Positions 11,401-19,779 of a stretch of 64,000 nt of DNA are shown piece by piece. Below the pieces are notes generated by a model. It was not told the DNA's origin. It saw only the letters and a program-made list of their open reading frames with translations, and did not search any database. The stretch's first letter is position 1. Each line of letters starts with the position of its first letter. The position numbers were made by a program, and so were the translations under genes. Where the stretch lies: the IMG/VR virus record IMGVR_UViG_2895192334_000003, positions 7,415-71,414 of that record. One strand, written 5' to 3'. This stretch comes from a virus (Duplodnaviria; Caudoviricetes).

Positions 11401-13158
11401 AGCCATAACATCTTTACCTTGACTTTTAAGTTCTTGGTATTTAGCCACGAGATTGTCCATCATTTCCATAAAAGGTTTCAAAGATTCAGTTCCATCTTTA
11501 TTTATATTGGTAAATTCCACACCATATTGTTTTAATTTCTCAATTCTTTTACCATCAGCCATATAAGCAAAGATAGTTTTAAATTGAGTACCAAGCACAT
11601 CTCCAGTTAATTTCATTCTCTCCATAACAACAGAAGATGCGGCGTTTAATTCATGCAAGTCCATTCCTAGAGATTTAGCATTAGCACCAGCACGAGAAAC
11701 GACTTCCACAAGGTCATTTACATTTCTAACAGCAGTTTTATCAGCAACCTTAGTCAAAGCATCTAATATCTCTGGAGCTTTAGTAGCGTCTCCATTGTAC
11801 ATTTGATTAATAATAGAGTTCATAGAAGCAACAGCAGATTCAGCATCCTTAAATTCAGCAACATTAAAACCAAGAGCGGTAGTTTTAGTAGCCTCTACAA
11901 GAGCTTGTCCACCTTTACCAGCTCTCGCCCACAAACCCTCAATTTCTTGAATGGTATTGACATTTAAACCCATATTTTTACCCATATCAAAGGTAGCATC
12001 AGCAAGGGCATCCATTTCCTTTTTTGTATAGCCAGCTATACGTTGAACCTCAACAGCGTTCTTTTCAAAGGTCATGATTTCTTTATTGATATAACCAAAG
12101 GCTCTTTTAATAGCATAAGCTTGCCCTAATAGAATACCTAAAGATTTAGTAGTACCTTTTACAGACTTATCTGATCCACTAAAATTAATAGCCTTGTCCA
12201 TTTTGCCCGCTTGTGTTTCAAGTTGTCTTTGCTCTTTCTTTATATCGCTTAACTGTTTCTTTAAGGCATTGGCACTTGCCTTACCCGTTTCAGTAGTAGT
12301 GCTTATGATTTTTACATTACCATCTTTAAGTATATGAAAAATTTGAGTAATCTCATTTTGAGCATCGTTTCGATATTTAGCCATAACTTGCGTAATACCA
12401 CTTTTGAGCATGGATTCCTTATAGCTAATAGCGTAATCACTTTTGGAAGCTAAATTCTTAATGCCGTCAAACTCGCCTTGCGAAATTATCTTGTCGTTTG
12501 ATTCTTTAAAAGTCCTAATAGCCTTACTTGCCTTATTATAATTATCCTCAATGGACTTCATGGCAGACTTATTTTGTTCAATTTGGTAATTGACAACAGA
12601 CATCGCTTGTCCAAGTCGTCTTAGAGATTCTGCCTTTTCAACAGCAGAGCCACTTTTACTATTAGTTTTATAATCATCTAAAGCCATTTGAGATAAATCT
12701 TTTAAATTTAATTCTTTAACAAGAGAAGTCCTTTCCTTCGCCCATTTAGTCAACTCTTGTCTTTGCTTGTCGATAAATTTAGATAAATCTTGTGTTTGCT
12801 TATCTATCCCAGCAGTACCCATATCCATTTTAGATAGAGCATCACTAGCCTTTTTAAAAGTATCGACATTTTTATCTATGTACTTATTTAACTCATTGAC
12901 ATCAGATGTTAAATTTCTCATAGAATTACTCACTTGTTGATTCCCAGCAGTAATTTTTACAAGTTCATCATACATCTTTTTAAGATCTTGCTCTGATTGT
13001 TTAGAGTTAATATTTAACTTGTTATCCTTAAAAGCATTGCCTAAAGCTTTCGCTTGCTTATCTATGTCATTTAATAGTTTATTAATAGCTTCGGCATCTT
13101 GTTGAAGTTGACCATAACCAAGACCAACCTCACCAAATAATTTTAAATCTTCTCCCAT
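5413..13158 (-). CDS. Tape measure protein with C-terminal NlpC/P60 peptidoglycan hydrolase domain (2581 aa)
   Basis: Very long helical ORF after the tail chaperone; TMP core (ALTKVADKTAV...GDVLGTQFKTI); RDCSSYV...GDILW...NHTEI NlpC/P60 Cys-His motif near the C-terminus. Confidence 0.92.
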   Translation of the reverse strand: MGEDLKLFGEVGLGYGQLQQDAEAINKLLNDIDKQAKALGNAFKDNKLNINSKQSEQDLKKMYDELVKITAGNQQVSNSMRNLTSDVNELNKYIDKNVDTFKKASDALSKMDMGTAGIDKQTQDLSKFIDKQRQELTKWAKERTSLVKELNLKDLSQMALDDYKTNSKSGSAVEKAESLRRLGQAMSVVNYQIEQNKSAMKSIEDNYNKASKAIRTFKESNDKIISQGEFDGIKNLASKSDYAISYKESMLKSGITQVMAKYRNDAQNEITQIFHILKDGNVKIISTTTETGKASANALKKQLSDIKKEQRQLETQAGKMDKAINFSGSDKSVKGTTKSLGILLGQAYAIKRAFGYINKEIMTFEKNAVEVQRIAGYTKKEMDALADATFDMGKNMGLNVNTIQEIEGLWARAGKGGQALVEATKTTALGFNVAEFKDAESAVASMNSIINQMYNGDATKAPEILDALTKVADKTAVRNVNDLVEVVSRAGANAKSLGMDLHELNAASSVVMERMKLTGDVLGTQFKTIFAYMADGKRIEKLKQYGVEFTNINKDGTESLKPFMEMMDNLVAKYQELKSQGKDVMANDMIKNLSGVRNVATLKNLVEGWSSMRERILLSQNSKGFAERQNAKMMETYAKKVEQLKVAFQELAVSIGNNGFLDLLKNIADGTRVSIEFFSKYNKEILTVVGTIGLFKTAMMGLSGIQKVFGSNGLGGLFRLLTSNGYSKKFKVGATLSTLSGTEFLVKKEDIKEAFDSFDAMKQKAKETISPVSSLSVAMANLKGNAMAMKTAMSGTAGIIGGITLAIGALATAYYVYRQKRINILEDFTSGKADEAINNIRELKKELDDITKTNAYKKGDSNALDAYKSTTEELARVLGIAHSVTVGNKESMDLYNESLRVAVELKEKEYELNNKIAISEAKKSIHDLVKPTVDSAGGLGTSKMPTGASKLTQSVERYLIALKNVKDLRKKINNGDNPAGMLKKLDDAMIEQTKKELELTEKLQTLKQNQAISGTTDDELKKMLDGQSYNGKPIIDFIDAFLAKTPDVKDAIGDIGDKASDTKDEIEEMAKTIQELVDEFNNLTNKTDAMDTAFQEIYDTGHISNGTVMKLLSADNEMAQYLVKTKDGYTLLSGALEHYNEQQDEANKTTDEAINKLREKYDMETDVSGNPIAKATNPDDVSKNIELMVNDITKGVDKVKATFEGGTTSVKEFLDKIKNAKDDADLSNLLSGLDTSQIEALNGELANQLQQSMNNIHNQFNAGLIDIGDYAGALNAAKGEALELYAQINNLSQNANGVWVNQKGEIDEFANALDQSTSKINDAKDNYNRLIDAFENTPTMSLIFADDDFDIPREQVAKFADDFTAMMRDMKDNNSVTWDKIVAEVMEKTGMTKEETEKCLTDSSAFVKEQDAIVKSAVTVTFSNLATQLGLTEAQVAKAAIGIRDKLSTLANFAMATMNTVNAALGTKDNYYKILQTPVGNLLSPTATINTTLNNGKLKVPTSSGRLVEKSTAFGTTLEADIEEYKKRSEEVKKAKEKLKNANNEFEQEMSNTAGTIKQGDKRLQNIVKNNDSNRKGSGNSSPNGVPKVIEDKIEDLRHELEMGRISEEQFYKGVENLYKNNSGSLSKRGKQKFEKMLKDAKSKADNSMPPYVKVLVDDLEEQLKYGEIDQYTYSSKLDDLARRYKTQLGTKAIKEIEKKISDAKVGGLDKYFKAQIDEYENIIKVSDLAIKKIQAEQSLFEALNMGDTAGMSLQASKINVINNKLYITEALAKKYESVLKVINEEIKKLDTNSSSYKTTLQGLASKQSEFTNKLNETKISIIELQKLRVEEQMKVYDAMQKKYDDAVSTIEQIESKLVTYIQQRNQKIREQIDKNHQAKMDSIEKEAQARDKELEKEKKRLQDALEAYRKYTQGKIDALNKEAEEEDYNEELNKKMQERDELQYRINSLSLDDSSEGRAKRIELKKQLADKNNEIEKFQKERSRKLTQDGLQEQLKDYEDSIEQKQKKMDDNAKHERELLDNRKQMLEDEHKHELEILDEKMKASSVYAEAKTAILSGYVQDATGASITIRDAMIDGMKEQGHASGILAQKYINDLDAVIRKAKEAQQIMGMAKSSASAGSLQARLGLTDEGYQQYLGDKANYLGFSKDDTERYINNKVAWGSASASEKKRLSHENHLLRAKYAGAGNWNNKNFNKDINGEVLGLAWVEDTGSAMKVGQAGGQFTPFGGNFGREEARDTALADFGLLSSYTRGSSEAFFDNQMNQFKRGGYSYSQPTFADWTSRDYYNRYKEQSQFLDRFNRTPADKSDYVGALNYIRGYKEDLENNFDDSYMNQDYPYDSGDNSVREALMSAAKAQDGLPYSQGSNRYTTHRDCSSYVYYAVKNAGLYGGDGFYTGDMIPKLAQYGWQDLGHIPKEQIRRGDILWVRDGKRNHTEIATQDGTLNTTGAHSPSKPAGPSVWTYDYKVLRHPKVNGYSNGGVADYTGMAMLHGTKSSPEYIFNTPQFDALGRIIANYISAPAIYGKGVYNGADSIVPEINIDTLINIEGNADQNTVREIERRSDEILDNLIIGLKKRGIRK

Positions 13159-13177
13159 ATTTCACCCCATTTTAAGT

Positions 13178-13209
13178 AAAAAAAAATAAGGGTCGATAAA
13201 CCCTTATTT
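13178..13209 (-). terminator. Intrinsic terminator between tail chaperone and tape measure genes
   Basis: Minus strand AAATAAGGGT-TATCG-ACCCTTATTT followed by 7 further T. Confidence 0.7.
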
Positions 13210-13841
13210 AAGCATAGAAACCAATTGTTGGGCTTCTTCGACAGTCATCTTTCTGTCCTCTTGTATAGCATCACTGAATGTGTAAAGTGGGTTTGCTTCT
13301 TCATCAAATTTTCCACTCATCGCTACTGTGTAATTTTGCAAATCCCAAATTTGACTTGTCTGTATCATAACAAGCAAATCTAAGTATTGATTAATCGTTA
13401 AGTTCTTAATTTCAGAGTAGGAAAGATGAGTGTATAATAAAATTGCATGAATACCAGATTTAAAGCTTATTTTTTTTTATTATCATTCTTCTTTTTGTCC
13501 TTATTAAGAACTAAACCATTTATAGAGAATATTTTTTTAATAAAATCCTCATAATTAGTAGAATCTACATTTTCGAGAATATCTTCCACCGCTTCAACAC
13601 CAAAGGTTAAAGCAATAGCATTTTTTAAACCCTCACCATTGTCAGCAAAAAAAGCGTGTGCCATATTGTCTAAACTAATGGTAGAAATGGAACGAATAAA
13701 TTCTGGATAATCTTTAAGGGTAATAGGGTAGGCAGTTCGAGATCGACCGTCTAAAAAACAATCGACCTCAACACCTAAACCTAAAGCAGAAATAATATCT
13801 TTTTCATCACGAGTAATTTCGTCAACTTGCTCTTTACTCAT
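13204..13841 (-). CDS. Tail assembly chaperone, -1 frameshift-extended form (lambda gpGT analogue)
   Basis: A9 run directly before the chaperone TAA; the -1 frame (ATA AGC TTT AAA TCT...) is open to TAA at 13204-13206 and has no start codon/RBS of its own near its 5' end. Confidence 0.75.
13467..13841 (-). CDS. Tail assembly chaperone (lambda gpG analogue)
   Basis: 124 aa between the major tail and tape measure genes; ends in a slippery AAA AAA AAA TAA. Confidence 0.8.
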   Translation of the reverse strand: MSKEQVDEITRDEKDIISALGLGVEVDCFLDGRSRTAYPITLKDYPEFIRSISTISLDNMAHAFFADNGEGLKNAIALTFGVEAVEDILENVDSTNYEDFIKKIFSINGLVLNKDKKKNDNKKK

Positions 13842-13850
13842 TTAATCACC

Positions 13851-14615
13851 TTAGACTGTTCCAAAATCTCCGTCTTTTGGCTCGACATCAACTAAACTAA
13901 TATCCCAAAGTTTCTTGTCAGGTCTTTTAGGGTCAAGAGTTTTAAGTGAAACTTGCGGAGCATAAGCTTGTTGTTGTGCTAAATCAAAATTGAAGTTGGA
14001 ATCTGATTTACATTTAAAAATTGTCAATTCCATTTGTTGAACAATTTGATTAGCATCATTGTAAATAGGAATTCTGTGTGTAAATTTAAAAGGTTTAGGG
14101 AATTTGCCTTTAAGTCCAGAAACAGATCTAACATTTCCCGTTCTCTTAACCTTGTAAATACCATTTATACTTGCATTAGCATCATCTGTATGGAATGTAA
14201 TTGTCTTACCGCTAACAGAATATTTGCCCTTTGCTGGAGTGTCATCTTTCGTAAATCCCTTAATTACAATTGAACCCTCAACTGGTTCTTCTTCAAGCTC
14301 TACAACACCATCAGCAGGAATTACTACATTTAAAAACTCTGTCATATCAACAGAAGCCTTAGTTTCAAATTTAGTCCCTTGAGATAGAGCCATATAATCT
14401 ATATCAAATAAAGCATTTTGAGCTGTAATTGTGATATTGTTAGTTCTTGGAAACTCTGTAATAGGATATGGATCATCTCCACCTCTAACTTCGTCTGTTT
14501 CAGCAGACATGTCTATTGTTAGGTTTTGTAGTTTAGAAAAACCTATAATCTTGTTGGGATCTTTAAGGTCAGTTAAAACAGCCTCTCCAATGCCATAAAT
14601 AATTGATTGTGTCAT
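13851..14615 (-). CDS. Major tail (tube) protein
   Basis: 254 aa after the tail terminator gene; typical size, position and beta-rich pattern. Confidence 0.8.
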   Translation of the reverse strand: MTQSIIYGIGEAVLTDLKDPNKIIGFSKLQNLTIDMSAETDEVRGGDDPYPITEFPRTNNITITAQNALFDIDYMALSQGTKFETKASVDMTEFLNVVIPADGVVELEEEPVEGSIVIKGFTKDDTPAKGKYSVSGKTITFHTDDANASINGIYKVKRTGNVRSVSGLKGKFPKPFKFTHRIPIYNDANQIVQQMELTIFKCKSDSNFNFDLAQQQAYAPQVSLKTLDPKRPDKKLWDISLVDVEPKDGDFGTV

Positions 14616-14626
14616 CTTTTTCCTCC

Positions 14627-15094
14627 TTAAATAATAATATTGCTATAACAAAAGGTTATACCATATTTTGTCCATTCTGCATTTTGAGCCTCACTATCAG
14701 GATTTCTATTGAAATAGGTAATCTCATAATCAAAAATCCTTGAATTGTGCAATAAAGCTCTTAACCTATCAGCTATCATGAGAGTTCGTCTATCTCTCAC
14801 ATTTTTTCTCTTTGTAACATATATATCTATTTGAATATAAGCTCTTTCCAATATAGAAAATCTAGATCTAGTAGCAGGTAGTTCGTAGATACAAAGCCTA
14901 ATAAAATCTGTGTCTACTAAATCTCCTGGATTTTTTTCTTCCAAAAATTGTTTCTTCAAATCTTTCATCAAATAAACATCTTTACCATTGGAATAAGTCT
15001 TTGGAACTTCCATAAGCTCTAAAAGTTCCTTGTCCTTTGTTAGCTTAGAAAATAATTCAACAGCTATACTCTTCAACTTCATATCAACCACCAC
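14627..15094 (-). CDS. Tail terminator / tail completion protein
   Basis: 155 aa preceding the major tail gene; IQIDIYV...IADRLRALL pattern. Confidence 0.65.
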   Translation of the reverse strand: MVVDMKLKSIAVELFSKLTKDKELLELMEVPKTYSNGKDVYLMKDLKKQFLEEKNPGDLVDTDFIRLCIYELPATRSRFSILERAYIQIDIYVTKRKNVRDRRTLMIADRLRALLHNSRIFDYEITYFNRNPDSEAQNAEWTKYGITFCYSNIII

Positions 15095-15665
15095 CTTTCA
15101 AATAATCTGAATAGGGGAAAGTCCTAAAAACATTGTTGATTTCAGAAATTAATCTATCTTTCGAATCAAGCATTACTCTGTCCAAGTACCTTGAGGGATA
15201 TCTTGGTAGAAATCTTGGATCGCCTTTTTCCTCCAAGTTATAATTAGTGTTATTAGAGCCATAAAGTGGTTTAGTACCCTCACCAGCTTCCCAATTGGGA
15301 ACTTCATGTACTCCTTTATGTCTTGGCACAATAGTCCTATCGAGCTTATCTCTTGCATCATTCCACAAAACATCATCATTCATATAATCTTGCAAAAAAG
15401 GATTGTCGCTTGCCATAGCCGAACCTTTACCATAATTGACTATCCATGAATACCAGTGAGGTGAACCAATCTTATATTTCACATAATCTTCTGACATTTC
15501 AATTAATTCCTTTTTAAAAGTGCCCGTTGCATATTCAAAGTCCTTTGAATTTAATTCAAGCACCATTTCATCAATTAAGGCAATAACTCTATAAGACAAT
15601 GTTTTTTCTAAATCCCTTAACATTCCTATTAAATCAAATTTAAGTCCTAATTTATTTAATGACAT
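15084..15665 (-). CDS. Neck/tail completion protein (HK97 gp10-like position)
   Basis: ATGTFKK...IVNYGKG...P..PSRYLD pattern and synteny. Confidence 0.55.
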   Translation of the reverse strand: MSLNKLGLKFDLIGMLRDLEKTLSYRVIALIDEMVLELNSKDFEYATGTFKKELIEMSEDYVKYKIGSPHWYSWIVNYGKGSAMASDNPFLQDYMNDDVLWNDARDKLDRTIVPRHKGVHEVPNWEAGEGTKPLYGSNNTNYNLEEKGDPRFLPRYPSRYLDRVMLDSKDRLISEINNVFRTFPYSDYLKGGG

Positions 15666-16374
15666 ATTTATCGTAATTATCCCTTGTAGTTCTTAGTTGA
15701 ATAGTGCATACACCAGAGGTTAAAGTGTCGATATCAGATATTTCATAATACTTGCCCTCTACCATAACCACATCTCCAACCTTAGCCTTTATTTGACTTT
15801 GAGCACCTATAACTCTATACACAGTGTCGTGTAAAAGACCCACATCTTGATTTCTAAAATCAACCCCGATTTTTTCAATAAAGACTGGTACAGACTGTTC
15901 AAGCATAAATAAAATTTCCTTGACATCGCCATAAGTCTTTGAGTTGGGATCTTCGTCATATTCAACTCTTGGTCTAAAGAAATCAATGAAATTGTTAAAT
16001 ATAACAATTCTAGCACTATTAATTACAATATCATCATTGGGAATGTTATAAACTATTGCCTTTGCGCCATTGGGAAACTCAACAACAGAACCTCTTTTAG
16101 CAACTGACGTGTGTAGGAAAGTAGCATCTTTCATATTACTTTGAATATTAGAATATATTTTTTTCAAATCCGATGTAATGACAAACTCTGGACTCCCGTC
16201 AACTAGAACCTTTGTACCAATTTGATTTATCAATAAATCGTTGACATAAGTTTTAATATCATCAAGAGGTAAATCAAAAGTAGAGGGGGCAGAGTAGACA
16301 GCATCAAATATATCAGCAGTAGTTTGTCTTTCTTCTTGGCTTTTGCCAACAGTGGAATTATAATCATCAAACAT
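15652..16374 (-). CDS. Head closure / neck protein
   Basis: Synteny after the adaptor; C-terminal KVGDVVMVEGKYYEI beta-barrel pattern. Confidence 0.55.
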   Translation of the reverse strand: MFDDYNSTVGKSQEERQTTADIFDAVYSAPSTFDLPLDDIKTYVNDLLINQIGTKVLVDGSPEFVITSDLKKIYSNIQSNMKDATFLHTSVAKRGSVVEFPNGAKAIVYNIPNDDIVINSARIVIFNNFIDFFRPRVEYDEDPNSKTYGDVKEILFMLEQSVPVFIEKIGVDFRNQDVGLLHDTVYRVIGAQSQIKAKVGDVVMVEGKYYEISDIDTLTSGVCTIQLRTTRDNYDKYVIK

Positions 16375-16385
16375 ACTTACACCAC

Positions 16386-16901
16386 CTAATATTTCACAGT
16401 GTCGCCAATAATTTTCATTTCAATAACAGAGCCAGCGAAAGAGGAAGTGTAATTTCCGTTTTCATCTTCTGGATTTTGAAAAATATCCGCTTGCAACTCC
16501 TTAATTTGAGTGTCGCACCACCAGACAATTCTCATAATTTCCTTTGCTCTTTCAGTTAGTCCCTTAACTGATAAGTTATTGATAGTAAAGTTTACAGCCT
16601 TTTTAGTGTAGGTATGATGAACACTTAGAGCAAGTTGTCTATAAGCGTACCTAGACGCTAATATAATTTCTCTGTTCGACATCTTCGCACAATTAACATC
16701 TTCTAATTTAATTTCAGAACTAATAGAGTCGGAAAGGCTAATGAAATTTTTCTTAATAGCTGTACCAGCTTCCGCCACACCAATGAGAACAAAGGAATCT
16801 GTAACTTTAATGTTTTTAAAAGCAGGCTTTAACTCTTCTGATTCTTCATCAGCAACTAATCTATCTAAAATAGTTCTAATTGCAATCAGTTCCTTAGCCA
16901 T
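16386..16901 (-). CDS. Head-tail adaptor candidate
   Basis: Helical 171-aa protein in the neck position. Confidence 0.45.
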   Translation of the reverse strand: MAKELIAIRTILDRLVADEESEELKPAFKNIKVTDSFVLIGVAEAGTAIKKNFISLSDSISSEIKLEDVNCAKMSNREIILASRYAYRQLALSVHHTYTKKAVNFTINNLSVKGLTERAKEIMRIVWWCDTQIKELQADIFQNPEDENGNYTSSFAGSVIEMKIIGDTVKY

Positions 16902-16905
16902 AGCA

Positions 16906-17313
16906 TCACACTAATTCTTCAATACGCTTGTTTAGAGCTTGAATATATCCCTTAGTTTTGTCTGCCTTTTCAGCTTCTTCTAATAACGCTTTAAGACCTA
17001 GCACATTATCTGTCTTTGCAATTTCATCTTCTAAAGCCTTAATAGAAAGGCTTAACATATCTTGGATTCTCCCCTTAGAGAAGATATTATCTTCCACAAT
17101 TTGCTCCTTGACATCTGGCACTTCTTTAGCATCCTCTTCCAATCTAATAAGACCAGATTCTAAAATTTTAGAAGACGAGGACAAATATAAAAGTTGATCT
17201 TCATTTATATAGCCAAAACTATTAGGGAGAATTTTAACAACTCTCCCGTCAAGGTTAGTGAAATTCAAAGTGATGTTAATACCATAGTCATTAATAACTT
17301 TGTATTTTTTCAA
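16906..17313 (-). CDS. Hypothetical head-associated protein
   Basis: 135 aa directly after the capsid gene; C-terminal small helical domain (LLEEAEKADKTKGYIQALNKRIEEL). Confidence 0.5.
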   Translation of the reverse strand: MKKYKVINDYGINITLNFTNLDGRVVKILPNSFGYINEDQLLYLSSSSKILESGLIRLEEDAKEVPDVKEQIVEDNIFSKGRIQDMLSLSIKALEDEIAKTDNVLGLKALLEEAEKADKTKGYIQALNKRIEELV

Positions 17314-17326
17314 TTACAACACCCCT

Positions 17327-18259
17327 TTATTGTATTTGTATTACTTGTATTCCTTTAGGGTTTGTAACAGCCATACCCCAATCCATATCTATTCTTGCAT
17401 TCCAAGACCAATCTTCAATTGAATTTTCTTGACCAGTCTTAGCATCTCCATAAGTAGCAGAATAGCCGATTTTATCAGAAATAACAAATAGTCTGTCCTT
17501 TGGAACTAGAGATTTGCCAAGAGCTTCATCGTAAACATCATTTACACCGATAATTCTTGCACCTCTGAAATATCCAAGAGTACCATTTTGTCTAATTTCT
17601 TCCTTAGCTTCATTAGTAAAACCCTCAAAACCCATAATTTGATTAGTTAGGATTTTATCTCCAAGTACAATAGCACTTTTGCCAGTTCGATATGTAACCT
17701 TGTCAATAGCTTCTTCAAGAGAACTTTTTTCAAGTTTAGTAGAACATACAGTTAAATAATCTTTATTAGTTTGCGTGTTATAAACTTGTCCTAATATTGT
17801 GAAGACCTTTTCCACAATAGCAGACTGTAAAGCTTCAGTACCATCTGTTAGAAGTTCCCTTAGAGAAGCAATTCTGCCAGCCTTTAACTCATCAAGTAAA
17901 CATTCAGGTCTAACAGAAAGAGTTTCAAATTCCATACCCAATGTTTCTTGATAGTTTTTAGTCTTTGGAGTAGAAGAGTTTGGAGCTATCCAATAAGCCT
18001 TAATTCCTTTTTTCTTTAATCTAAACTCTGGTCTTTCACCAAAATTAAAGTGTTTAGATTCAGTCATCAATGGAGCAATATCGATCTTATTTATTTGCTC
18101 TTGAAGATAAATTCCAATAACTTCTGCAAGTTCTGCCCTGCCATCTTCCGTAGAAGCCATTTCCATTAATACATTCTCAATATCCTTGACTTCTTTACTA
18201 TTTGGGTCTATTTCTCTATTTTTTAATTTTTCTGCAATTTCAAAAAAAGTATTTGCCAT
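17327..18259 (-). CDS. Major capsid protein (HK97 fold, SPbeta-like)
   Basis: 310 aa after the protease and decoration genes; size and synteny. Confidence 0.8.
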   Translation of the reverse strand: MANTFFEIAEKLKNREIDPNSKEVKDIENVLMEMASTEDGRAELAEVIGIYLQEQINKIDIAPLMTESKHFNFGERPEFRLKKKGIKAYWIAPNSSTPKTKNYQETLGMEFETLSVRPECLLDELKAGRIASLRELLTDGTEALQSAIVEKVFTILGQVYNTQTNKDYLTVCSTKLEKSSLEEAIDKVTYRTGKSAIVLGDKILTNQIMGFEGFTNEAKEEIRQNGTLGYFRGARIIGVNDVYDEALGKSLVPKDRLFVISDKIGYSATYGDAKTGQENSIEDWSWNARIDMDWGMAVTNPKGIQVIQIQ

Positions 18260-18270
18260 ATTTTCACCCC

Positions 18271-18684
18271 TTATCCTAAATACATAACATCAACAGCAGG
18301 GAATGAACCGAAATGCGTTATCTCTGTAACTACAAACTTTCCCTCACCTTTAGCAAGCTTACCTTCTGCACCACAAGTTAATTTGTCGCCAGCTTTAAGA
18401 CTGTCAATACCATCTACTTCTGTTGTAGACCATACATTGTTTTTTACCAAAGTATAAGCAACAGCCCTTGTGTCTTTAGCAATCTTATCATGGTCTTTAA
18501 TATCTCCACCAGCATTTGTGTCAATTCTTAGAGTAACAAAAGCATTAGCTTCATCATCTGTAGTTGCATACTCTAATAGTCCGTCTTTTTGATTAAATTT
18601 TACAAGTCTACCCTTTGTCATCTCATCTTTAGTTTTATAAAGACCAAAAGGAATAGAACCAGTATCAATTCTTTTTTGTAACAT
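18271..18684 (-). CDS. Capsid decoration/cement protein candidate
   Basis: 137 aa between scaffold and capsid; LKAGDKLTCGAEGKL pattern seen in decoration proteins. Confidence 0.5.
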   Translation of the reverse strand: MLQKRIDTGSIPFGLYKTKDEMTKGRLVKFNQKDGLLEYATTDDEANAFVTLRIDTNAGGDIKDHDKIAKDTRAVAYTLVKNNVWSTTEVDGIDSLKAGDKLTCGAEGKLAKGEGKFVVTEITHFGSFPAVDVMYLG

Positions 18685-18694
18685 CTTTTCCCCC

Positions 18695-19690
18695 TTATTT
18701 TCTTCTCAATATATCTAGCAAGGCTTCTCTAGGTTCTTTATGCTCCATTTTCTTTCTAGTGTCTATTAGCGTTGAAATAGCATCAGCAGATGTGTTTTCT
18801 TGTTCATTTTTGTTTTTGTCTAAATTTTTTGCATATTCATCGACAAGTAATTCTAATTTATTAACAAATTCTACATCGTCTAAAATACCAAGCTCTTCCA
18901 CGCTTTCCTTGACTTCGCCATATTTAGAAAGTTTTTCAAGTCTTTGTTGTCCCTTTTCTTTTATCGCATAGTCCTTTGCTATCTTTTTGTATTTAGAAAG
19001 CTCTTTTGTCAAGTTATCTTTTTCTTTTTTAGCTTCGATAAGTTCCAATTTCACATCAATGAGAGCTTCTTTTTCTTTGATTTTTTCATCAGCATCATCT
19101 TTTTTTACTTCTGATGTGCTATCAGAGTTATTTGCATTTTTTTCAGTTACATCTGCACCCTCATCTTCTGCTACCATAAAGGACTTGGATTTATCCCAAG
19201 CTGGATTTGCCACCATAGCCAGTCCAGTAAAATTATTGTCAAAACATCTTCTGTCGCCATTCTTCAATACTTCTATCTTCCTTTCTGCTTCTATTGAGAA
19301 TTTAAGTTCACCCTCTTTATCGAGTTCAACTAACTTTTCAGCTATTTCAGGATAATATTTTTTCCACATAATAGCTTGCACTTCTGCCTTATATTCATCA
19401 TTTTCACCATCAACAATATTGGCGTTGTGAACATAACCTATATTCATAACATTTTTGTCAAAGGTATTGTTCATTCTGTTATAGCCATGACCCGTAGGCT
19501 TGCCTTTCCACAAAACCCTTAGAGGTTTACCAATCATAGTAGTAATATCCTTTTTAGCATCATCTTTAAAAATAACAGCTCCGTTGGCATTAGTTCCACT
19601 GTGAAAAGCAACACCCTCGATAACTAATAAATCATTAGCATCGTAACCTGCAAGTTCAAGGTCATGATTTTTCTTAATTTTAAATTTCAC
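18695..19690 (-). CDS. Prohead protease-scaffold fusion
   Basis: GVAFH..N.NG, G.PTGH, SIEA, FTGLAMV.NPA protease motifs plus a coiled-coil C-terminus. Start moved from the TTG at 19732 to the GTG at 19690, which has a GAGGTGA RBS. Confidence 0.75.
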   Translation of the reverse strand: MKFKIKKNHDLELAGYDANDLLVIEGVAFHSGTNANGAVIFKDDAKKDITTMIGKPLRVLWKGKPTGHGYNRMNNTFDKNVMNIGYVHNANIVDGENDEYKAEVQAIMWKKYYPEIAEKLVELDKEGELKFSIEAERKIEVLKNGDRRCFDNNFTGLAMVANPAWDKSKSFMVAEDEGADVTEKNANNSDSTSEVKKDDADEKIKEKEALIDVKLELIEAKKEKDNLTKELSKYKKIAKDYAIKEKGQQRLEKLSKYGEVKESVEELGILDDVEFVNKLELLVDEYAKNLDKNKNEQENTSADAISTLIDTRKKMEHKEPREALLDILRRK

Positions 19691-19779
19691 ATTATCACCT
19701 CTAAAAATAGGGTAGGGAGTTTCAGCTCCCAATTGCTAAAGCATATAAATATACTCTAGTTGAGTTTTAAACTACACCC

